64,000 bases of DNA, from NCBI GenBank assembly GCA_964016885.1, contig OZ024751.1:38998001-39062000 (forward strand), written 5' to 3'. The number at the start of each line of letters is the position of its first letter. Within the stretch, counting starts at the first letter, position 1. The DNA is from Eledone cirrhosa. Lineage: Eukaryota. The notes under the pieces are model-generated. The model saw only the letters and a program-made list of their open reading frames with translations, did no database searches and was not told the DNA's origin. This document shows, in pieces, positions 31,121 through 44,078 of the stretch. Position numbers and translations under genes: made by a program.

Positions 31121-31480
31121 TTGTTTGTTACTAGTATTGTTGTTGTTGTTATTGGTGTTGTAGCTAATGTTTATTTTATTGTTATTGTAGTTAATGGAGA
31201 AGTTTTTATTATTTTTGTTGTTCTCTTTGTTTTTTGATATTTGTTGTTATATTTATTGTACACTTAGTAGTTGTTGTTGCTAATGTTGTTAATGTTGTTA
31301 CTTGTATTACACTTGCTGTGCTATTGTTGTTGTTGTCAATGTTGTTGTTTATTTGTCAATGTTACTATTAATAAATCTCTATTCCTCCGTTTCTTAATTC
31401 CTTTATTTCACATTTCGTCCCTTCTCTCTTTCTAATTCATTAATCTCTTCTCCCTCTCTCTTCATTTGTATCAGTGACTG

Positions 31481-31627
<147 letters not shown>

Positions 31628-31856
31628 AACAGACACACACGTTCTTACTCTTTTCCCTCAATTCTTTGCATTTTTCATAGTAAGACTGTTTCATTTTCTC
31701 TCTCTCTCCCTCGTTCTCATCTTTCTCTCTCTCCCTATCTGTATCTCTCTCTCTCTCTAGCTATCTATCTATCCCACCTTCATCACTCTCTCTCTCTCTC
31801 TCTCTCAATCTCTATCTATCTATCTCCCTCGCCCTCAAAACACATAGACACATTAA

Positions 31857-31960
31857 CAGTGCGTTACTGGTACTTTCAGCGGGATTTAAACTCAGTTTGT
31901 AATGGGACATAACTCTATACCACGAAGCATGTTGTCCGGTGATATACCACCACTCCAACG
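31857..31960 (-). mobile_element. SINE (Meta-like), internally deleted
   Basis: TTACTGGTACTTT joined directly to GCGGGATTTAAACTCAG...CATAACTCTAT. Confidence 0.65.
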
Positions 31961-32370
31961 TCCGTTGTTAGACTTAACACCGTACTACCTATTGGAAGTT
32001 CGTATGTTCGAACGACGTGGACACTCGTCGTCGTTATAGACGGAGATCCAACACATATATCACTATTTGCCTTTCTAAATTAGTAAATGGAATCAGCTAC
32101 TACTTGTAGTGAATAACGAGACAATCTGAGACCCTGCCGATATTCCTGGCTCACTTTCAACTGCACTTTACCTAATCTATCTTATAGTTACCGGATTAAC
32201 TAAAAATTCTAGCTTTAGATACTTTCAATATATTTTTATTATTTTTATTTTTATTATTTTTCCATATTTATTTTCTGATTAATATTATTATTATTATTAT
32301 TTTCATATATTTTTTTTAATAGAAACATTAATAAGATTCTTGTTTTCATATATATATATGTATATATATT

Positions 32371-32407
<37 letters not shown>

Positions 32408-32645
32408 ATGTGTGTGTGTGTGTGAATATATATTTATATATATGTGGGGAGTGTTTTTGTGTGTTCGTACATGTGCGTTTGTGTGCGTATGCATACACAT
32501 ATACATTTACTTATATGCTCATAACCATCCATTTCCTACGTAGTGACATATGTAAATATACATAATATACATATACACATATACACATATAGATGTATAT
32601 ATGCATACGATCATAAAATCACACTGGCATATACGCATGAACATT

Positions 32646-32693
<48 letters not shown>

Positions 32694-33282
32694 CACATCT
32701 ATTCAATCTACCATTCACGCATACACAGAAACACAAACACACACACACAGACACACACGCGTGCGCGCGCACACACATATATATATGCGTGTGTGTATGT
32801 ATATGTATATATATATGTGTGTATATATGTACGTTGGTACCTTATTAAAATAGTTCTATATAAAGACTCAACAGGACATTTTTAATTAATATTCTGTTTC
32901 CACGGATGTAGCCATCAATGTATCAAAAATATTACTTCTATAACAAATAAATATCCGAATTATCTAGATTTTCGTGTAACTGGATATATTGCCTAATATG
33001 GTTTTTCTTCTTTTTTATTCTTCTTTTTTTATTAATTTAATTTTACTTGGTTTCTTTTTTTGTTTACTCTCTGTTTCGGATTTCTTTTTTAAATAAGACA
33101 TGGGTCTCTTCTGCCTAGTCCTAACTACATTTTGGTGATTCGTTTCTGCTATCTGACCAGTCAAAAATGCCGTCTGTTGAGGCACAAGTACATTGCAATG
33201 AAACATATTTGCCGTCTTACTAGTATTAGAGGTCTTTTGCTGTGTCACACTTGACATATCTCAGGACGATCTATATGTGCGT

Positions 33283-34220
33283 TCTAACAAGTCACAATTC
33301 CCGTCTGACAAGTCACAAGTACTGTCTAAGTCGCAAGAACCGTCTATCACGTCACAAGAAGGATCTGACAAGTCACAAGAACCGTTTTACATGTCACAGA
33401 TACCGTCTGACAAGTCACATATTCCGCTTGACAAGTCGGAATTACCGTCTGACAAGTCACAAGTACCGCCTGGCAAGTCACAATTACTATCTGATAAGTC
33501 ACAAGTACCGTCTGACAAGTCACAAGAACCGTCTGACAAGTCACAAGTACCGTCTGATAAGTCACAATTGCCATCTGACCAGTCACGAGAACCGTCTGAC
33601 ATGTGACAAGTACCGTCTGACAAGTCACAATTACTATCTGACAAGTTACAAGAACCGTCTGACAAGTCCCAAGTACCGCCTGATAAGTCACAATTGCCAT
33701 CTGACCAGTCACGAGAACCGTCTGACATGTGACAAGTACCGTCTGACAAGTCACAATTGCCATCTGACAAGTCACAAGAACCGTCTGACAAGTCCCAAGT
33801 ACCGCCTGACAAGTGACAATTACCATCTGACAAGTCACAAGAACCGTCTGACAAGTCACAAGTACCGCCTGACAAGTGACAATTACCATCTGACAAGTCA
33901 CAAGAACCGTCTGACAAGTCACAAGTACCGCCTGACAAGTGACAATTACCATCTGACAAGTCACAAGAACCGTCTGACAAGTCACAAGTACCGCCTGACA
34001 AGTGACAATTACCATCTGACAAGTCACAAGAACCGTCTGACAAGTCACAAGTACCGCCTGACAAGTGACAATTACCATCTGACAAGTCACAAGAACCGTC
34101 TGACAAGTCACAAGTACCGCCTGACAACTGACAATTACCATCTGACAAGTCACAAGAACCGTCTGACATGTGACAAGTACCGTCTGACAAGTCACAATTC
34201 CCGTCTGACAAGTCACAAGT
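33283..34220. repeat. 21-bp tandem repeat (~44 units) with 63-bp higher-order period
   Basis: Unit TCTGACAAGTCACAA+6 nt. The variable 6-mer cycles GAACCG, GTACCG, TTACCA. Confidence 0.95.
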
Positions 34221-34435
34221 TCCTTCTCACGAATCATTTCTAACCTCTCTCTGTCAGACTAACTTAAATGTTATCTTGGTTGTTTTATAACTAAATATAT
34301 TGATTATGGCATTTTCTGAGTCTGTTTCTTGAATGTAATATGTAACTGTATGGTAATTTTGTTGCGCATTTTATTCCTGATCGATCTGATATGCCTCCGT
34401 CAACAGAAGGAATGGTGATATCTGCATTTCTGATA

Positions 34436-34693
34436 TAACCCTTTTGATACCAAACCACCCGAAAACCGTCGAGTCTCCTACGATACTAAAATGCATATTT
34501 TAAAATATTTTAAAATATCCTAATTATTTCCATTATGATTTTATGTGAACATTTTGTTGCTTTTTTTCCCAGCAACAGCTTAATAAGGAGAAAGATAGGC
34601 ATGTTACTAATTCACATTATTTTCATTATTTTCAAAATGATTTAAGAATCATAGACAATGTATTTTTATTAGAAATATGACAGAAAGGAATAA
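34436..34693. mobile_element. Possible decayed piggyBac-like MITE
   Basis: TAACCCTTTTGATACC at left, GACAGAAAGGAATAA at right (imperfect TIR, TTAA-like ends). Confidence 0.35.
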
Positions 34694-35030
34694 TAGGGCG
34701 TTATGAATCGAACCTTTCTGATCGCACATATATACTGTTCTAATAGATAGTGGGAAAGTGATATATAAGATATTTAAGATTTCGTAAGATAGAATTTATT
34801 TTTCTCCGCCATTTATTTTTGGCTCCTAAGATTATATTTTGCAATTTTTGGACGAATTATCAATCTACTCTGGCGTTTCATGAAATCATGCTGCCTCAGT
34901 AGATTGGGTGAAAAATAATAAAAAGCAAAATTATAGTTTTGGTTATTGAATGAATACCACAGCAGCCAACATTTTTCCAGATCTTCCTCTACAATCTAAA
35001 TTTTTTATCGAAACAAACAAGAACATTAAA

Positions 35031-35138
<108 letters not shown>

Positions 35139-35555
35139 AAGTAGTAGTAGTAGTAGTAGTAGTCGGACGTTGACAATGATGTCTAAAAAGATTGATTTTG
35201 CAAAATCTTTAGAGAGTTTGATATTTCTTCCGTGTCTCTGTGTTCTGTATACAAATCCCACCTAAGCGCTGTTTGGTTTTCATACTTTAGTGTTTCTTGA
35301 AGAATGTACAAAGCAATTACTGGTGCACACCCCTGTACTTTCAATGTTTCTTCCAGAATGTTCTGCTGGAGAGTTAAGAGTATGTTAGTGGCTTATTGCA
35401 ACTACATCAGTTCCTGAAACTCTTAGCGAAAACCCGGAACATACATTTTGTACAAGATACAAGATTGCGAGTGACGTGTGTTGTCGATATACAACAACCA
35501 TTAAAACTGTTGTTGCTACTACTACTACTACTACCACTACCACTACTACTACTAT

Positions 35556-35608
<53 letters not shown>

Positions 35609-36212
35609 TTACTACTACTACTAACATTTATATTATCTTAATAGGCTTAGTAGATTTGATCTATCTCAGGGAAAAAAGATGGCGTAGATAATAGAGCGCG
35701 AAACTAAATGTTTAGAATTATTTATCTCGCCATTATTCTATGGAAAATCACTGGAGATATCTTTGCATATCCTTCACAATGATATATCAGTCCAATTTTT
35801 TAAAGAAGGAATTTACGAATATCCTTGTAAAGCAACTATTAGAGATACATTTATTATATTATATATCATATAAAAGAAAGCGCTATTGTAGAACAAGAGT
35901 GAAATTCCGGACAAAATAATTTACTACATTTGCCTGGATAATGCATTCGAGAGAGGCTAGGTTGCTTTACAACTTACAGTCTTCCCCGCCACTTCAGAAT
36001 AATTTATCTCTCGACATTTGAGTCATGGGAACCTAATACTTACGTAATAACAGAGCGCCATCTGTATTCATGTTAGACAAAGATAAAAGGTATCTTTATC
36101 GCTTCCATATTTTTCCACTCTTCTCCAGAGACAGCTGTAATTTTCGCCTTCTTGAATCACCCCAGCGCCATATACATGCATACTCCCTCTCTCTTTCTCG
36201 CACACACACACA

Positions 36213-36288
<76 letters not shown>

Positions 36289-36307
36289 AATATATATATA
36301 CATACAT

Positions 36308-36351
<44 letters not shown>

Positions 36352-36434
36352 ATATATATGTATATATATATATATATATATATAAGTATGTATATATATA
36401 TGTGTGTCTGTGTGTGTGCGCGTGTGTGTGTGTG

Positions 36435-36473
<39 letters not shown>

Positions 36474-36743
36474 TGTTTTTGTACATATGTATTTATTTCT
36501 ATAGCGGAATCCACCTCACTGAAAGCATTAGGGTCATATCTCCAATGCCGATTTCTACATAATTACTCCCCTTTCTCGCACCAAGAGACACGTGCTGATT
36601 CTCCTCCGTTCATGAAATCATATTTGCATATATATAAAAGTGCGCCAAGCAGTTGAATTGCACGATAAAGTATTATCTGTATATATACAGAGTGGGTAAC
36701 CGAAATGGCACCATTGGGTGTATAAATAAATATATATATATAT

Positions 36744-36947
36744 AACAACAAAGAACATGTGGTAAGAAACAAGGTGAACCATGACGAACCAGGGTACTCG
36801 ATATTTAGTGTAGTAGAGTGGGTAATAGGAAAAGAGTCAGGACCCTCGACGGCTGAGCTCAACAGCTCGACAGCTAGATCCGAACTGTGTTCGGATCTAG
36901 CTTGTGAAGCGGCCGGAGCTCAGCCGTCGGGGTCATGACTCTTTTCG
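36744..36947. mobile_element. HHR family C fold-back element between TA tracts
   Basis: Antisense tail, then palindrome GAAAAGAGTCAGGACCC..GACGGCTGAGCTC / GAGCTCAGCCGTCGGGGTCATGACTCTTTTC centred on a 14-bp hairpin (36872-36902). Confidence 0.8.
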
Positions 36948-37379
36948 TATATATATATTTAAAGACATACAAACGTGCCAGAAATGTGAATTTTCCCAGA
37001 AATACGAATTGGAAAAAATGATAATCAATTTTATTTGTTTGTCTCTAAAATATTTCTAATTGTACAAACCATTATTTATTTTGCAGCCAGTTTAAAATCT
37101 CAATGATATTACTATGTGTAATTGTAACTCTATAGTTATTGAACATTTTAAATGTACTCCGCTTAGGTTTTATCTCCTCTAAAATAGATGTTAATTTAAC
37201 AGCGCAGATGAACACACAACTATTAGCAATCAATGTTCCCCCTGCTTCTACTTCTGATGTTCAGAATATATTTCCCGATTCTACAAGCTATATTATTGTA
37301 TGGTGTACATGTGTACTGCTTGTTATTGTTGAAATGTCGTCAGTTACGATCACGTGATTTTCCCTCAAACAATGGAAAA

Positions 37380-37640
37380 GCCTTCTCATGAAATTAACAT
37401 GTAATTATTCCACAAACTCGTGCACCCTTAACGTAATTATATGAAAGGATTCAACGTGAGACACTGTTTGACAAGGTCGACCCTTCGTGTTACAGATACC
37501 ACACAATTTTCCCAGTTGTGTGAACGGGACCATTGTGAAATAAAATGTTCTGTTCAAGGATACAACTCTACGACGGGAATCTAACACACGTCCTTACGAC
37601 CGTAAGACGACCTCCCTAACTACTTAACTATGCACCTGGA
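37380..37640 (-). mobile_element. CORE-type SINE, degenerate
   Basis: TGTTCAAGGATACAAC...GGGAATCTAAC. Shares its 3' region with 17980-18310. Confidence 0.6.
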
Positions 37641-38673
37641 CTTTGTATAAGTTGTACAGATAAATGAAAAGATATTCTATTATCAGAGTTACCATCAGCA
37701 GCAACAGAGATTACGAACATTATCTATGAATTGCATATCTTCATCGATTCTTTAGTGATAAAGATAAGTCTGTATTACCCACCCATTCACAGAAAATTTG
37801 AAAATTGTAGTGCAGAGAACGCGAAGGAAACAACAAAATATATGTAAAAAGAACAAAAGAACAAAAGAAAAAGTGACACACTTATTTCTCCGTTTTCAAT
37901 AGTTTCGTTTAAAGATATTTAATACTTGGCACATGTTTCTAATTTTTCTGACTAAAAGCCAGGCGTTATGGATAACTGAATAAATTTTTTAGCTTAAGGA
38001 TTGAAAATAGAAGAGTATTCTTGAGAAAATAACCAAATCTATCATAAAGTTGGCTGAGAGTCCATTGGCGAAGAAAGTGGTTCAATAAAGACGCTACGCT
38101 GACGGGCGTCACGAGGGTGAGGTAGGGGTGATCAACCATCAAGATTAGTTTGATGAGAAGATGATGCTGGTGGTGGTAGTGGTAATGATGATGCTGGTGC
38201 TGATGCTGGTGGTGATAGTGGTACTGATGCTGGTGGTGCTGATGCTTGTAGTGCTGGTGGTGGCAAAGAAGGTTGAGAAATTAAATATAAAACGAAACAA
38301 AACATGATGAAATGATAGATACATTGGCTAGGATAATTATTGAACCAAACTTCTCCACTGTTATATTGAATGCCATAGCAGTGAGCAAGATAAATTAAGA
38401 ATAAAAACAAATATAAAATTAACCATAAATACAATATAAAACAATTAAAAGGGACCTAAAAATATATATTCTTTTACTATATATCTCCTTCCCTTAAGGA
38501 AGAGAAAAATAATGATTCAAAGCAGTAAAACGACTTTTCTAAATAAATAAGCATAACTCGCTGATGATCGTAAGTAACTCCCCGAGCAAGGTTATATATT
38601 GGTTTAATCTAGTATTGTTGGTTGAGAAGCAAGCATTCTTACGGGATATTGTCAGCTGACCTCCCTGACTTAC

Positions 38674-38691
38674 CGTCTTCAACACTTGCGG
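38674..38691 (-). CDS. Candidate 18-nt frame-preserving microexon of an unidentified gene
   Basis: Minus strand: ~70-nt AG-free pyrimidine-rich tract ending TTCTTCTCACAG | CCGCAAGTGTTGAAGACG | GTAAGTCAG. No stop in two of three phases (PQVLKT or xASVED). Confidence 0.5.
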
Positions 38692-38811
38692 CTGTGAGAA
38701 GAATATAGGGAAAAAATAAAGAAAAATGAAATAGGAAAATAAAAGTTGAAAAGAATTTAACGAAGCTGATCGGAGAACTATATATTTAAATAATCGCATA
38801 CATATATATCT

Positions 38812-38872
<61 letters not shown>

Positions 38873-38974
38873 CTGAGACAGAGAGAGAGAGAGAGACCCA
38901 TACACACGTATGTATATACACATAAATGTATATATATGACCCTCCCGAAGTATAATATTATATATATATATATT

Positions 38975-39062
38975 TATTTGCTCTACGGTTCTTATATATT
39001 TGATATATATTTTCCTTATCGAGCCCTCTTTTGATTTTAGTCTTCAATTTTATTATTATTAC

Positions 39063-39063
<1 letters not shown>
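38975..39063 (+). mobile_element. HHR family B 3' tail between (TA)n tracts
   Basis: Matches ~53328-53416 and the reverse complement of 56853-56942. Confidence 0.8.
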
Positions 39064-39152
<89 letters not shown>

Positions 39153-40162
39153 CATATATCTATATGTGTGTGTGTCTTTGCCAGTGTCTGTGACTTTGTG
39201 CGTGTGTATGTGCATTTGCTGGTGTGGGTGTGCCTGCGTGTTTCTGACGCCACGTGAAGCACCACTAACACCGGCATCACCACCACCACTACCACTACCA
39301 CCGTCATCACCACCACCACCACAACCAACATCAACACCCGCACCCCCACCACAACCAACACCAACGCCAGGTCAAAGACCACCACCACCACAACCACAAC
39401 CAACATCACCAACACCACCACCACAACCAACATCACCACCACCAGCACCACCACCACCACAACCAACAGCAACGCCAGGTCAAAGACCACCATCAACAAC
39501 ACTATAACCACTAACACCAGCACCACCACCAGCACCACAACCGCCACCAACGACGTCTACAATAAGCCACATCACCATTATAATCACCAACCATAGTCTC
39601 TATTTCCTACATAATCATTAATAGAACAGACTCCGCTATCGTTAGCTGGAAAGATAGAACTACACCCTCAGCATTGCAAATCATTAATTACTTATTTTTA
39701 GTAAATTGCAGATGGGGAAACTAGATTAAAGATTCGACATTAAAAGTAATTTGAAATTTGGATAATATTTCTTGAATATTCTACATTTAAAAGAGGGCAA
39801 AGTTCAGATATTTTATACTGGCAGTATTTCTTTCGCATTTTTAATGATCGCAACTAAATGACTTAATGACTTATATCGAAGGTTTCCTCTTAATTATATA
39901 TTACGTCGGTCTCAATAAAATACTGCTTACCATCTTTGTTTTGCTTCAATACCATTTGTCAGGAGGCCCCATAATTAATAATGAAAGGAAGCTATCATAA
40001 ATTTTCTTAAACAGAAGACGAAATACATTCGTATTTGAAGGAAGCATCGCAGCCTTAACATTTTCTTGACATGTACAGTAATTATGATTCTCGCTTGCTT
40101 CGTTTACTTTACGCCTCGAATAATAATAAATACACAACTTTATACAAATAGAAATATACACA

Positions 40163-40207
<45 letters not shown>

Positions 40208-40267
40208 GAGCAAATATCTGTCTTTCTGTTCCTTTCTGTATCTATGAAGATATTTCTATCTGCCTAC

Positions 40268-40342
<75 letters not shown>

Positions 40343-40354
40343 TGTGTGGTGTGT

Positions 40355-40441
<87 letters not shown>

Positions 40442-40520
40442 TATATATATATACATATATAGACATATATATACATATATATACGTAAAGCGGGGTGTGT
40501 GTTTATATATATATATATAC

Positions 40521-40594
<74 letters not shown>

Positions 40595-40675
40595 AATATA
40601 TATATATATAAATATATATATATACATATATAGACATATATATGTATATACGTATGTGTGTGGTGTGTGTGTGTT

Positions 40676-40731
<56 letters not shown>

Positions 40732-40847
40732 TATAAATATATATATATATATACATATATATAAATATATATATATATAAATATATATATATATACATAT
40801 ATAGACATATATATACATATATATACGTATGTGTGTGGTGTGTGTGT

Positions 40848-40928
<81 letters not shown>

Positions 40929-41189
40929 TATATACATATATACACATATATATATACGTGTGTGTGTGTAAGCAGACAGAAACAGAGATAGTTTATGGAG
41001 GTGGCATTTCTAAAAGAGACATTTAAATTTGTCTCAAAACTATTCAAATGTTTCTTAGTTGAAACAGAGATTCCGGAGCTCTTTTTCGAGTGATTGAGAT
41101 CAAGTCTTTATAATCGGTTTAACATTCTTGATTCCAGTCATACCAATATCGCACGTAGAAGTTTCTAGTGTAAATTCTGCCACCGTTTA

Positions 41190-41227
<38 letters not shown>

Positions 41228-41350
41228 GGAGGTGAGTTTTATTGTAGTACAATAAAGCAATGCAGATATCGGATAAGAAGCACTCTACAGTTTGTAGGAC
41301 TGGAGTATACATAATATATAAGAACAAAAGATGGTTAAAAGAGTTCCATG

Positions 41351-41420
41351 TATTTCATTGTGCGCATTTCAAAAACAAATATCATCATGCAATAATATTT
41401 GTGTTTTCATCAGATAAAAC
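41351..41420 (-). ncRNA. Mirror hammerhead copy with U16.1->C change (probably inactive)
   Basis: Minus: TTTTAT-CTGATGA-stem II-GAAA-TGCGCA-CA-ATGAAATA. Confidence 0.75.
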
Positions 41421-41539
41421 AGGAGGACATGATATGAAGGTTAAAAAACACTTGTGAATAGTGCAGTTTTAAATCAACATATATTGATTTAAAACTGCAC
41501 TATCCACAAGTGTTTTTTAACCTTCATATCATGTCTTCC

Positions 41540-41610
41540 TATTTTATCTGATGAAAACACAAATATTATTGCATGATGATATTTGTTTTTGAAATGCGCA
41601 TAATAAAATA
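41540..41610 (+). ncRNA. Minimal type I hammerhead ribozyme, canonical core
   Basis: Stem I TATTTTAT/ATAAAATA (8 bp). CTGATGA 41548-54. Long stem II (ACAAATATTAT/ATGATATTTGT). GAAA 41591-94. Palindromic TGCGCA stem-loop III. AUA triplet, cut after 41602. Confidence 0.88.
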
Positions 41611-41665
41611 CATGGAACTCTTTTCTTTTAACCATCTTTTGTTCTTATATATTATATATATATAC

Positions 41666-41696
<31 letters not shown>

Positions 41697-41892
41697 TATA
41701 TTGGTAAACGGAAAAGAAAATGCTGACAAATTGTTCACAGTGAAAAATAGTTTAATTAGGAATAAGTGAGAATTAGTAATAGTATTGGTTAGTATTCAGT
41801 TTTGGTTTAAATTTTACCGGTTGCGCATTTCTAATGCTTTTCAAAAATAATTTTGAGATAGAGCGTCCGTGATGTTTGCTCATATATATATA

Positions 41893-42450
41893 GTGACGAA
41901 ACATAAGTCAAATGTATGAACTCATAATCCTTTATTTACAGCTATATATATTTCGATGATAGCCATTGAATGGCTATGACCTCATCAGGCAGTTAGTCAG
42001 TTCTTAGATATATGCCAACTCTGTGTTTATAGTGTTGATGGTATCAGAGCCTTCGGACATATAATTGGTGTGGGATGCTTAAAGCGTCCGTAAGCGGTAT
42101 GCCGTTTGAGCACTCGATGCTCTTACATAGCAGAGTATAATATCTCATAAGAAACGGATAACCAGTGGTGCGACGAGTAAGATTTATTAGACATATTACA
42201 ATCGTTTCTCTGGCGACCAGCTGGAGGCACGATCGATGCAGTGATCAAACCTGACTCTGAAATTACAGGATCCTCGGATATGTCTCGATTCTGCTTCGTA
42301 GAATCGAGACATATCCGAGAACCTTGCGATTTCAGAGTCAGGTTCGATCACTTCATCGATCGTGCCTCCAGCTGGTCGCCAGAGAAACGATTGTAATATG
42401 TCTAATAAATCTTATTCGTCGCACCACTGATTCTCCATTTATTATGTGAT
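41893..42450 (-). mobile_element. Penelope-like 3' fragment with ~150-bp 5' fold-back, flanked by TA runs (family D)
   Basis: ~42142-42293 is inverted at ~42299-42450 (centre ~42296). HHR and AATAAA lie downstream on the minus strand. Confidence 0.85.
41938..41994 (-). ncRNA. Minimal hammerhead motif, canonical core, weak stem I
   Basis: Minus: AACTGC-CTGATGA-GGTC ATAGCCAT TCA ATGGCTAT CATC-GAAA-TATATATA-GCTGTAAATAAA. Confidence 0.72.
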
Positions 42451-42479
42451 ATATATATATATATATATTTTTTTTTTTT

Positions 42480-42717
42480 AAGATTAAACAAGGTTCAATG
42501 AATAAATCAAAGAATGAGTTTTACAATAGATTGGAAGCACTCAACAGTTATGGTTTTCCGGAGTTATTAATATTAATTCAAAATATTAACAAAATAGATA
42601 TTCCTGTGATATTTTATTATACATATTTCAGAGGTACTGAGTTAACTTCAACAGTACGTCCTCATCAGTTTAAAATATACTTGATCACAGGAATACCTAT
42701 ATTGTTAATATTTAGAA
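42480..42717 (-). mobile_element. HHR-bearing element with ~29-bp inverted repeats enclosing the ribozyme (family E)
   Basis: AATATTAACAAAATAGATATTCCTGTGAT (42582-610) vs ATCACAGGAATACCTATATTGTTAATATT (~42684-712). TA tracts on both sides. Confidence 0.75.
42610..42677 (-). ncRNA. Minimal hammerhead motif, canonical core
   Basis: Minus: TATTTTAAA-CTGATGA-GGAC GTACTG..CAGTAC CTCT-GAAA-TATG-TA-TAATAAAATA. GUA triplet. Confidence 0.75.
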
Positions 42718-42720
42718 TAT

Positions 42721-42779
<59 letters not shown>

Positions 42780-42792
42780 GTGTGTGTGTGTA

Positions 42793-42899
<107 letters not shown>

Positions 42900-43189
42900 C
42901 ATGTCGGTTGGAACACGTAATAGATTATTTGAGTAATATATATATTACTAGTTCTGTAGAATTACATATATTACTTTTCTATGTTAAATTGTTGATGTTT
43001 TCACGCTACTAATGATTTGAGTAGATTATTCACTGTATACAGTCACTTGTACCTCTTAGAATATTTCTCAGAGAGATCCTGAGTGAAACACTGTCTCATT
43101 GAGATAATACTAAACCCGTTAACATACACCTATAACTTCCCGCCAGCTGTATAAACTGGAGCAACGTAAAATAAAGGCACACCAACCGC

Positions 43190-43480
43190 AACCTGGTGCA
43201 GTCTACGACTAACCCAGGTTCTGCTGCACGTCGGGCTGAGGAGGCCAAACTCTTCAAACACTGGTCGCTCTCCGACAGGTTTGCGGTTGTACCCTTGGCA
43301 CTGGAGATTTTTTGTATCCTCCCTACTCATTACCATAGGGGCCGAGCTGGCCAGCCGAAGGCGTGGGCCTCGCGAGCTGGAATGGCTTTTCCAACGCGTC
43401 TCCCTTGCCGTCCTCCGGGGAAACGCCTTCTCCATTCTGTCCGCCGGAGCTGTGGGGAGGCCACCGATATGATTGACTGA
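43190..43480 (+). mobile_element. CRE-clade (RLE) non-LTR retrotransposon C-terminal fragment, frameshifted
   Basis: PGSAARRAEEAK..K..L...F.VVPLALE, then in another frame IGAELA...PRELEWLFQRVSLAVLRGNAFSIL, characteristic of the CRE restriction-like endonuclease end. Confidence 0.8.
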
Positions 43481-43923
43481 CTTGTCATTTTATTAGATGA
43501 AATTAGATGAAGGATATCATTTATATAAATGATAAACACAGTCTAAAAAGAATGAGATTGTTGCGTTATGAGTTAGTAGGTGAAAGATTAAAAGACCGTT
43601 TCAATATTTTGATGATTGAAATAAAAACGGTTCCATTGTGAATCCAACAAACTAACCTCTTAGCAACTCTACTTCATAAATATACTTATGCATTATATGA
43701 CCAATTTTTGGTAAGTCTTTATTGGTACGTGCACTGATGTACATCATTAAAATAATATATTTCCTCGTTGTTCTTCGAACGAAAAGTTATAAAGTTCTAC
43801 CCGAGCATAAATAAGATATATAAATGAACTCACCATACCTGTTGCGTAATAAGTCAGATTTTGACTTATTAGTTTTTTGCATCTGAGTGCACCAACATAA
43901 CAATGTATGTATTTATGTGCGTT

Positions 43924-43973
<50 letters not shown>

Positions 43974-44015
43974 AATTCTGCGAGTATTGGTTCATATAAG
44001 TATTCGATTTATATA

Positions 44016-44078
<63 letters not shown>

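Larger units (their letters stand above)
41225..41657. mobile_element. (TA)n-flanked fold-back element, ~167-bp arms, 6-nt loop (HHR family A)
   Basis: 41311-41477 is the reverse complement of 41484-41657, with a few substitutions and one small indel. Confidence 0.92.

Noticed and set aside
33242-34243. CRISPR-like array or 333-aa repeat protein
   Set aside because: The variable part is only 6 nt and cycles rather than being unique. There are no cas genes and the context is eukaryotic. ORFs in multiple frames are expected for a stop-poor 21-mer.
41311-42450. Palindromes as sequencing fold-back artefacts
   Set aside because: Arms differ by multiple substitutions and indels, are asymmetric in extent and are bounded by TA tracts. 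Read-level confirmation is still advisable.
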